From NCBI GenBank assembly GCA_013115145.1, contig JAAPAO010000181.1, forward strand, positions 1 through 56,997: a stretch of DNA of 56,997 nt. Direction: 5' to 3'. Source of the DNA: Perkinsus chesapeaki ATCC PRA-425. Taxonomy: Eukaryota > Protista > Perkinsozoa. The notes under the pieces are model-generated. The model had not been told where the DNA came from, ran no database searches, and saw only the letters and a program-made list of their open reading frames with translations. Below are positions 25,590-35,490 of the stretch, piece after piece (position 1 is the stretch's first letter; each line of letters starts with the position of its first letter). A program made the translations under genes and the position numbers.

Positions 25590-26669
25590 TCACTAGTCAT
25601 TGGATTGGTTGGTTGATGAAAATATTAATCTAAGCAATTGAATTTCTATCACTCAGCTCATCAACGAATACAAAGACAGTTACTGGGTTGTGTACGGCTG
25701 GACTATGTACGGCAATATCAGGGACATCAATGGAGAGACAGTGATTGCTGATACGAGCAGTGTACATATCGTTGACATCAGACCTATATCACGAAAGAGA
25801 AATCGGTGACGCAGTCGATGCCGCTATAGTTGAATGGTCGGAGATCGGAACTTAGTAAGTTCAACTTACGAGTGGAGCTAATGACGTTTTCTACTATACC
25901 AGACGGAAAGACTTACAGTGGCTACCAAGACGCACGCAGCATCACCTGGTTCATACACGAGCTCAAGAACAAGGCAAATTGTACAAGTCATATAAACAAT
26001 TATGCTGTTGCCAACAGTCTGTTGGTAACACTCTCTTACTGAAAACAAGAATCCTATCCTGATCAATGGGATATCTTTCCACTGAAGTGTACCACTCCAA
26101 GTGATTCTCGCTGTGCCTACACTGTAGGCTGATGTTCCATAAGCATATTCGCGTATCCTAACACTGGAAGGCTACCAGAATGAAGACTATTCCGGCCAGA
26201 CACGTACGCAGGAGCGACGTTGAGGCTCTCATCTTGAGAGTCTCAAGTTGAGCGAGGCGTGCCCCAAACCGTAAGGCGCATTGCCGATCCAAACTGCGGG
26301 TGAAAATCCCCACTGAGACCAGATCAATCCAAAACTCAAACTCTGAGCAGGTTCGAATAGCAGGACAAGTTGTCCTGGCCAACCTTAGATTTCATGGGAC
26401 CTGAGAAGATGCTACAGGCGCTGTAGTACAGGCCTACAGCGCGAGCCACGGATAGTGGTACCAATGTATGTGCGCTCCGGTTCTGAAGTATGAGGTCGCA
26501 TCGCGGCACACGACTCGTGGGCTCTGCATGCCGTCAGAGCATTGGACACTTGGCAAAAAAATCGATTGCTAGGGCGCGCGCAGGTTGGAAAACGCGCGAG
26601 CAAGATTTAATTTTCTGAATGGGTTATTTTTCACAATTTGGGCAGGCTTTGCGTCTTCCTGTTAAGCGT

Positions 26670-29600
26670 ATGACCAGACGGTTCCTCGCCTCGACCTCGC
26701 GTATCACCTTTAATAGGCTAACTACTAATATCACAGGTATCTTAGCTCCACCCGTACAAGATTCTTAATAGGTTAACTTTCTGTCAGCTCGTTCGGCCAG
26801 TAACGCTGCTGCAGCTGCTCATGTAGACTTCAACGGCAATTCTCCCAAAGTAAGTCGCTTACGCCATAACGGCGCTACATTCCCCCGTAGATCGCTGAAG
26901 TCCACATTCAAGCGCATCCTAGAAAATATCACGACAAAAGGGTCTTCAACTTCTCAGCCGGTCCAGCTGGCCTTCCCGATGAAGTGAGTTGGGAGAGTTA
27001 TAAATATAATTCCAATGAGAGGGTTTGCATACCAATAAACCTTTAATAATGTTGCTCGTAACATTTGCGGAACTTAAAAGCTGATTTCCCCCAGCAATTC
27101 ACCAAGTATCGGCAGCGTATCTTCTCAGTAGGTTATGCTGGAAGCTCAGCGTGATTTTATTAATTATGACGGTACAGGTATGGGCTTTATGGAGCTCTCT
27201 CATAGAGATGTCGATGGTCCTTTTCAGACGGTAAGCTCGAGCGCTAGGCCCTGTTGGTCTCCCTTGTGATACTGTATAGGACAAGTCGGCCGAAATTTTG
27301 GAAATTCCGTTCGGGGTTATTCGGCCAGTGGGAAATATTGTAGCCTCACTGGCATGAGCCTCATGCGAAAAAATATCTTCGTGCCATGAGGATATTTCAA
27401 TAAGTATTTTGCCATAATACGGTACCTGTGGTCTTCGGGGTGGGCAACCAACGGAAAATCCTTGCTTCAAGATATGATATTTTGCAACCGTTTGCAAAAA
27501 ATAGCTTTCTTTAGTATTGGAATTCCCATAGTTGAAAATCTGTCTTAAATTCTTGCTAGAATGTGTTTTATTCGCCCGCGGAAATGTCAGTGACGATGAA
27601 TCCTTCTGGCATGCATCTGCGTTGTGTTCATTCCGACATGGAAGATCCTCCATGACCGTCGGGCTCCACGGAAGTGTAAAAGTCCACGCGAGATGGGTTA
27701 TTGAGGCTGCTGCCATCTTAGGGGGAATTTCGGTATACAGGTTGTCATTCTTGATGCATTCAAATGACATAATATGGTGATGACTGATGTGCCAGGTTCT
27801 TGCTCAAGCTGAGAACAGACTGCGCGATATGCTCTACATCCCTAACAATTATAAAGTGGGATGAGGTGGTCACCCAGATGAAGTTGGATTTGGGTTTGGT
27901 GTTAGGTTATGTTCCTACAGGGAGGAGCTCATGCACAGTTTGCTGGAATACCGCTGAATTTATTCCATCCAGAATTGGGACATAAGGTGAGAAAAATGCC
28001 GGGCCTGGGGATCGAACCTGCGACATGACTTCCTGTGCGGGATGGACAGGAGATCTTACTAGTGTACAACATACGGAGAAGGGCGGGTTTACGTGTTTCT
28101 GCTGCTGCTGGGATCGATCGGCGGTATAGATAATAATAATAAATACATTGCCTGTTGTATACCACTTTATCAATTGAATTTGCATTTTCACTTGGTAATA
28201 TAAGGGATATAATATCAATGTTGATTGAGTAACAAATCGGCAATGTTTTGCCTAATCGAGCGGTCTAGTATTGAGAGCGTGAGGAGTGTTATAACAGAAG
28301 AGAATCTTTTAAGGAGTTCCTGTGCTCGGCTATGTCACCGCTGGAGCGATTAGCCGAGACATAATATCGGTCAGATGGGAGATGCTATTGCTCTGCAGGT
28401 TGTTGAGTACATCGATACCGGTTATTGGGGTCAACGCAGTCTGGGTGAGTGTGCTAGAATGATTGGTGGAGATAAGATCAAGGTTATTAATAAGGAGTTT
28501 AATGATCGTTTAGATGGGAATACTAGAGGACTTCCAGGTAGTGAGGGGAAGATCGTGGGTTCGAATCGCGGTAGGGACATTTTAAATGTAATTTAAGTTG
28601 TCTATTTGGAACTATTTTACAACTCAAAAATCCTATATCACATTTGTTCTTGAAGCAATCAAAAACAGTCAGAAAATCAATACCTTATTTTCAATAAGGT
28701 TAATTGTAAACTCTATGTGGTACCGCAGTTGGGCGTATCTTGAGGTTGAGCATGCAAGATTCATATGAGCCCGGTTGCTTCAGGTTTCTCCGATCTAGAT
28801 CTCACCACACCACCTGAAGAAGTTGCTTTCACTCATTTCACAGCTAATGAGACCATGGAAGGTTTGGAGTATCTCGATGACGCCATGGCTGCGGCCCTGA
28901 AGGATTCTGGGCGTGATGTCGTTATCGATATGACCAGTACGCTCCTGTCGAGGCCTGTTAACGTGGAAAAGTAATAATAACGGCGATGAGGGGGGTTTAT
29001 ATATTATGATATAGAATATGTTTTTGGGCGCACGATTACCACATGGAGCATGGGACTCTTCATGGTTCTTTCGGGACTTGTACTCTAGCCAAAAATCGTT
29101 CCGTCGGGCCTTAGTGCCACTTCCCTTCCGCTGGGGTCCCAGAGGAGGGTGTGGGTCTTACCTGGTCGTCTGATATGATTATCAACATTATGTCACTCCT
29201 CGAGTAGTTGGTAAATGATGTGTGTTTTCATACGCCATAGAGATGGGTAAATTAGGTAAGTTGAATGTTGATGAGTACTGAATCGGGGGGATATGAAATA
29301 GTAATAAATGAAGTTATATATTAGTCGAATGATGCTTATTGGTTTCGATGATTCGACCTGTCAGTTACGGCGTCATCTATGCTTCTGGTGGCAAGAATCT
29401 TGGTCCGGCTGGAGTCTGCCTCGCTATTGTTCGGGATGATCTTATCAGACCAGTAGGTTTCCATTCAGTTCTCAGGCGAGCGCCTTTATCGGTCTGTGGG
29501 TCGTTGAGCGAGCATCATAGCGGTGAAAAATGGTACATTTGAAGCTCGAATTTGGGATGGTTTTTCGCTACGGGGAATTTCTTAACAGAAAAGTTTGTTT

Positions 29601-30420
29601 TCTGTTGATCGAGAAACAGTCTTTCGGTATTATTCCTTTCCGCTTCTCTCTGTGCCAAGTTGTAACACTAGGAGACATTGCATCGGTTTCCGAACTCTTT
29701 AATTGGAAGACGAATCTCAAATTGTTAGCTAATTGTCATCTCACCTTGTCAGAATTCGCCCGGATATGCCTGCCCGTCTGTGATTGATTTTTACACTCAA
29801 TCGACCTCCACACCGCTTTGCAGTCTTTACAACACTCCGCCCACCTTTGGCATTTATATGGTCAATTTAATGCTGGGATATTATCAAAGGAAATATGGCC
29901 AAGCAGGGACACTGGCAAATATTGAGAAGGAAGCCATGTAATAAAAATGGAGGGGGTGGGGATCGAACCTGGGTGTGTTGTTTCAGTCGACGAGCGAATA
30001 AGGTTTGGGGGACAGTTGACCGTACTAACGGATTTTATACTGTAGGATTTTTCGTGATTTTTCGATAGATTTTTTGCCGAATTTCAGAGTCCCGTTCGCC
30101 CTGCTGATCGCAGCAGAATGTCGGTGTGCGTTCGCGCTAGAGGAGGCGATCGAGCGTTGGAAGACCGGTTTGTTGCCGAGGTGATGGAAAATAATTTCGC
30201 GGCGCGTGACGGTGTTTTTGTAGGCTGAAGAGGCGGATTTATTTCAATTGCAGGGGAATAAAATAATTGGCGGCATTCGAGTTACTCTGTAAGTTGCCGG
30301 GTGCCGGGATCGAACTCGGGACCTCTAGATTGGCAAAGCAGTTACAATGGCGTCAAGGACGAAGCCGTTAATGCCGCGTGCGACTTTCTGGAGGAGTTTG
30401 CCAAACGTTGTAGTAGTTAA
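26670..30420 (+). CDS. serC: Phosphoserine aminotransferase (SerC/PSAT1 family, class V PLP enzyme), 14 exons, N-terminal extension
   Basis: Joined exons: RVFNFSAGPAGLPDE|VMLEAQRDFINYDGTGMGFMELSHR...IPNNYK|VMFLQGGAHAQF...YIDTGYW...TANETMEG...IDMTSTLLSRPVNVEK|YGVIYASGGKNLGPAG...SLYNTPPTFGIY...RSRMSV...GGIRVTL|YNG. Confidence 0.95.
27997..28024 (-). pseudogene. tRNA 3'-end relic, antisense in PSAT intron starting at 27987
   Basis: GTGAG AAAAA T GCCGGGC CTGGG GATCGAA CCTGC. Antisense terminator plus canonical 1+7+5+7 spacing. Confidence 0.7.
28550..28583 (+). pseudogene. tRNA 3'-end relic, sense in PSAT intron starting at 28538
   Basis: AGATC GTGGG TTCGAAT CGCGG TAGGGAC A TTTT. Confidence 0.65.
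29948..29972 (-). pseudogene. tRNA 3'-end relic, antisense in 49-nt PSAT intron 29938-29986
   Basis: GTAAT AAAAA T GGAGGGG GTGGG GATCGAA CCTGG. Confidence 0.65.
30295..30341 (-). pseudogene. tRNA 3'-half relic (Phe/Cys-like), antisense in 53-nt PSAT intron 30289-30341
   Basis: Sense reading: TCTAG AGGTC CCGAG TTCGATC CCGGC ACCCGGC A. Confidence 0.7.
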
Positions 30421-31164
30421 GAGATACTTCAAGGTGATATATGGGATTCGAGTGAGAGGGATATTTTAGTCGCAGGTATTCTCTGTTATTTTGTCTTGTT
30501 ATTTTGAAATCGATCGTCTGATCGATTTCCTGCCGATGCAGCCAATCAGGCCAGAACCCCTTGATAGGCTATCTTCGGTTTGCATTTCTTTCACACTGTG
30601 AGGATATCACAGACTGCAAAGCTCGAGGACAGCAAATGTAATAATCTATTACGAGGAAGGCGCAGCCAAAAATGCACCGCAGTCGTGACTTAGGTTCTTG
30701 ATACATACAGACTTAAAGCTTATTTATATAGTCGCCGAATTTCGTGGCGCGCGGTAGTTTTATGCTGATTGATCGGGCCAGAACCCCTCGGTTGATTAGC
30801 GACCACCGCTGCGACGCGGAATGGAAATTCTGCAACTCTATGTTCTTGTATACAAATGGTTCGCTGCTTGAGGCAGTTTTGAAATGAAGAAGAAGTGGTT
30901 GAATTGTTAATTAACCTGGGGGATTGGGATACAGAGGGACGACTGCTGGGTACTTTTATAATTTATTTTGGTTGTTGAAGTTTGAGATGGTATGGGGATA
31001 ATGCGGATAAAATGCAGGCAAGGAGCGCAGCGATGGTTGCCATTTTAGGAATGTAGAAGAAATGTGGGATGCTGAGTGGTGGAGCTGTTAGATGATGTTA
31101 GTCGGAGGAGGGGGGGGAGTTCTGATGGGTTACTGGTCGGGGCGAGACGAAAGTGTGTGTTTTT

Positions 31165-32433
31165 ACGGGGATGATACTCGGATTTTTCGGAGCTCGGGTT
31201 TGCGTGTGAAAGGGGAGTTTGGAATACATTTGGTTTCTTAAGAGCAGAAAGAGACGGGGTAAGCGATCCTGGTGGGCACAGCTGACTCCCTTTAGTATAT
31301 CTCAGTTTGGTATGATAACTCATTAAATGCCCTGGTCGTCACTCTTCCCGTTTAACTTTCATGATGAGGTTATTATCTCATCGGGTTTGAGTGTTAGAGC
31401 TTGTTGGGTTATTCAGGCCGTTGGGGAGCTGCTGGGGATGTCGGCATTTTGTGGAGTGATGTAATAGGGGTGGGAGGGGTAGCGGTTAGGATTGGCAAGT
31501 AGTAGGTAGTTTAGTAGTAAGTTGGTTATATTGGTAACCATTATTATACTGAATAATAAATCGGTATTAATTAACTACATTAATCCTACCAGTAAAATAT
31601 TGAATGATTTACTAGTAGGATTAATGAAATTAAAGTACTCTACTACTGGCGGACTACGATCGTCGTCGTCGTCGTTGTTGGTGTATTGTAGGTTCGTAGT
31701 GATAATAATGAAATGAGAATTGATTTTAAAATTGGCGTCGTTTCAATGGCATTATATACTGAATGGGATTCTGGGTAGCAAAAAGGAGTATGTAGAAGAT
31801 ATATTATACACCAACTGAAGCTGTGGGGTTATTACTGACGTAAATCCAGGGGCTTAAGGGTAGACAACGAAGACTGATAACGGTTTGTGGGGAGATAAAA
31901 GGCTGGTTGTTACTACCCTCTCACAAGGACAGAGGGTGCGTGCACAGAAATTATTGGCAGATATTAGGTCCCCACATTTCCATCCTAGCTTGTATGAGTC
32001 TTCGGGCCTCAGGCATTCGTCTTCCACTGCAGTACACTATCATCATCACCCCGCCACCACCAGCAGCAGCAGCTTTGCTGGCGCTCGGTCCTTTATTGGC
32101 GCGACAACAGGATTGCCGATTATGCCACCTGCGATGGGGACAGGACCGACACAACCGGGGCAGGGTCCACAGATGACAGGTTATAAGGGCGGCTGGCAAT
32201 CTGGAGCTCGTAGGGGGATTTGAGTTTGGTTATGGTGACCGATCTTAAATTGTCGGAAAACTAGGTTATAGCACCGTGGTCGATGCAAGCGTGGAGCTAA
32301 GATTCAGTTCTTGTGAGGTACGGTGATGCCACCACCGCAGCCGGGGGCGCCGCAGACGTATCCGACAGTACCACCGACGGCTGCATATCCACCGAACGAT
32401 GCGAATCACCAAGCACCGGATGATATAGGGTGA
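31165..32433 (+). CDS. Hypothetical multi-exon protein with Pro/Gln/Gly-rich C-terminus (boundaries approximate)
   Basis: Plausible exons GVWNTFGFLRAERDG|YISVWYDNSLNAL..., IMPPAMGTGPTQPGQG and MPPPQPGAPQTYPTVPP...DDIG* with GT-AG sites. The full join was not verified. Confidence 0.35.
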
Positions 32434-32879
32434 AAATACAGGGTGCGGGCAGGGGTCGTATCTTACGGTTGAGCATGCATTTGATGATTTAATAGATACC
32501 AATGGATAGGACTGCCTGTTGCTCGTATGCACGCATAATGCAGCTTTGAGCATAAATTTTAGATAGTTGTGATTGGTGTCGGCATACTTGACCATTTCAA
32601 GATCGTAAAAGGCAGAACCAATTTGCGATATTAGACTACTCAACCAAGAGGATCTCTCATAACGAAAAGGAAACCCGAGAGTATTAGGAAATGCAATGAG
32701 ATAGAGCTTAGGAATGGCACAGGCACTGTGGCACTAAGATAGTGCAAATTAATATAGCCAATATTTGTAATTGATATATGGATCCTAGTATACTGGAGCT
32801 AGTAGTAGTAGTATAGACAATATACGTAAGTACAACACAATCTACTGTAACAAGCTCAATTGCATCATTTGAGGCTAAA

Positions 32880-32947
32880 TGGACGTGCCGGGGTTTGAAC
32901 CCGGGGCCTTCTGCATGCAAAGCAGACGTGATACCACTACACACCGG
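32880..32947 (-). pseudogene. tRNA-Ala(UGC) pseudogene lacking a pairing 5' acceptor strand
   Basis: D-arm GTG TAGTGGTAT CAC, anticodon arm TCTGC TTTGCAT GCAGA and T-arm CCGGG TTCAAAC CCCGG all pair. The 3' strand CACGTCC has no GGACGTG partner. Confidence 0.8.
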
Positions 32948-33126
32948 CTGGGTGGAAAAATCGAGAAAAGGAAGGGGGAAAAGGGGGGGAGAAAAGAAGA
33001 AGAAAAAAAGGATTATTATGGCTGCAATATCCCATCTAACACTATTCAAAGTTCGAAAACCCCACTATCCTGATAGATTACAACCCAACACCTCACAGTA
33101 AATGAAAGAGTGCTTTATTGGTGTCG

Positions 33127-33830
33127 TCAAACTTCAAGTTTGCGTTTATATTCACCATGCTGCATTTGCTCCTGTAGCGAGCCTCGTTCACGGCGAGGCG
33201 GTATCACTCCTCGCCTTCTTAGCAATGAACCTGACCATATGAACATGAAATCAGTCGTGGAAAACAAGGGCTTACGCGGCTTCCGCATCTCTTGCCTCCT
33301 CTGGTGGTCGCTTCTTCTCCTGATATCGGATCCGCTTCGCCTCCCTTCTCCTTGCCATCTTTGCCTCGCTGCGCTTCTTCTTCAGGGCTCTCAACTCATC
33401 AACCCGAGTGGGCGAGATGTTGCCGGCCAAGGGGCAGAGCCAGGTCAACTTTTGCTCTTCGTCCGAAAACCTCTCGTGACCAGGAAGAAAATTGCCCTCC
33501 TTATCTCGTATAACCGCGCTCAGAGGTATACCACATAATCCTAGTCTCAGGCCAGGCGGCGAAGCCGCCTGGCCTGAGACTAAAATGGCCCTCTTATATA
33601 ATCTCCCCCGGGTTAACCGGATAGCGCAGAGGCGATAAACCACCGCACACCACACGCCCGGTGAGAATAACGATGCATGTATTCGAGTCTAATAGATACG
33701 ATGCGGCGTCTGCACGAGCGGCCAACCGAGTTTCCTTTCTTGTATTGGGGGCAGCTGCCGCCCTTGGCGCAATTATCGGTATGTGGCTTAGAGGGTGAGT
33801 GTGCCACGAAGTTCACTAGCTCAGTCACCA
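33127..33830 (-). CDS. Hypothetical protein, multi-exon (5' end unresolved), TM-like segment and basic coiled tail
   Basis: LEYMHRYSHRACGVRWFIASALS|GLCGIPLSAVIRDKEGNF...RALKKKRSEAKMARRREAKR...EAA|RRGVIPPRRERGSLQEQMQHGEYKRKLEV*. The joins keep frame. Confidence 0.55.
33542..33582. other. Perfect 19-bp inverted repeat with GAA loop
   Basis: TAGTCTCAGGCCAGGCGGC GAA GCCGCCTGGCCTGAGACTA. Confidence 0.97.
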
Positions 33831-34446
33831 TTGTTCTGTCAGCGGGCGAAGGGCAAGTCAAGGCGACTCTGACAGCGATATGGACAGCGATTGCTCATGA
33901 TCGTGCATGTCGACATTTTCTGGTGTTTCGAGAGGGTGCTTGCGTTACTATTCCAGTGGGTAGCGCCATCTAGCCTTACCGAATACTCTTGCTCATGTGG
34001 AGGAGATATAACAAATATCTTTTTTCCGGGACATTTTCCGGAAGGCTTACATCATCGGAGGGGGAAGTCTTCCGGAGAATATCTTCCTAGATGGAAAGTA
34101 CGCATTTATTCCTTCTGAAGCTCCTCGGGTAGGATTTGCCCTATGCTTGACTCCCTCTTAAATGCGCATGTGCCAGCACCGGTGTCGGAGTCACTTCAAC
34201 TAGTAACGGTTTGAGGCGAGGAAGAGTGAGCTCTGTTCCAGTTAGATCAGCGCGTTTGGTACGAAGCAGTTGGCTTGCGGTGGAGACGCTCACTCATCGG
34301 CACACACTGAGTAAGGATCGGAGGAGGCTTTGTGGTGTTTAATAAAAGGATCGCGCTGAGCCTTCTGGGGGCACTTGGGTATCTAGAGAGGCGGAGTCTT
34401 CACCAGCGAGTTACTGACCATATTCTTGATTGTATCAAAAATGGAT

Positions 34447-35250
34447 ATGGCCGGCTCAATCTACAGCCTAATGACCCATCTCAGGTCTTGTTTCGCCAAC
34501 TCTTTCGCGCCACCACCACAAGGATTGCCTGTCGGTCTACAACCTGGAGGCACATGGCCGCCGCCGCAGCAGCAAGGCGGAGGAGTACAGGGTGAGAATC
34601 AGGGGAGTTTTGGGAAGTGAGAACAAATGAGCCTATTATTTTTCGTATTCCCTAGCGGCGGGTTAATACCGATATAGCTCTATACAGTGTGAAGCAATCT
34701 AGGGATTCATAGAGTAGCATTCACAAGTATTCCCATAAGGTATACATTTGATGCTCCCTTTTGCCTCATATAGCGGGAAGTGGGATGCTGCCAAGTGTAA
34801 GAATTAGTCAAGTAGTTTTTTGATTTAATGATGAATCGACTAAGCTTAGAATTCTTGGGGCAGTTGGTCAAATACGATTTCAAGAGTAATCTTTATCTTA
34901 TCTCATCTCCTAATTTTTATGGCAGATTTTGTGGTCGAAATTTAAGCCGTCTCTCATCATCTCAGGATTCGCTCCTCCGTCGTGGCCTCCCGCGGCACCT
35001 CCGGCCGCGGCGCAGCAGCAGCAGCAGCCGTTGATGAACGTACATCCGCCGACTGCAGCTGAACCGCCGAGTGTTAGAGTTAGCGGGGATTCGTAAGATG
35101 ATGATTCTGCGTACTTTTATCGTTACTGCAGATACGCAAACGAAGCGAACAGGGCGGCGGAGAGAATATCAATGTTGGTCCTCGGAGGAGCGGCGGCGTG
35201 CGGCACTCTAGCGGGACTCTGGCTGGCTAAGTGCTCCCGACTACGGTTAG
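34447..35250 (+). CDS. Hypothetical Pro/Gln-rich protein fragments (structure unresolved)
   Basis: FAPPPQGLPVGLQPGGTWPPPQQQGGGVQG| and GFAPPSWPPAAPPAAAQQQQQPLMN| are bounded by AG and GT. Confidence 0.3.
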
Positions 35251-35490
35251 TGAGCTTGTCATTGTTTTATCAGGCCTCGCGGAGATAGAGGCGGAGACTC
35301 GGACTCTGACATGGAATCTGACAGTGATTGATGCTCTGCATGCCTGCTTTCATTTCTCGTTCATTTGACGACATTGCGTTTTCCAAGGAAGTGGCGGCGC
35401 GACTATGGCGCGAACGAGAGTAACCACTTAGTTGTGATGCAAAGTGTAGCGGCACACAGTCACTTTCATCAGTCAGAGGGGAGAAGCCCC

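Noticed and set aside
25006-25593. 195-aa minus-strand ORF
   Set aside because: No recognisable features. It is probably a shadow of the degenerate plus-strand frame.
27099-27770. 223-aa minus-strand ORF
   Set aside because: It is antisense to a PSAT exon and intron, and has no recognisable motif.
28981-29000. Possible fifth PSAT intronic tRNA relic (C GGCGATG AGGGG GGTTTAT at intron position 11)
   Set aside because: Position and spacing fit, but the T-loop is too degraded to call.
33677-33973. 98-aa plus-strand ORF
   Set aside because: It overlaps minus-strand exons that join in frame with the 33127 gene.
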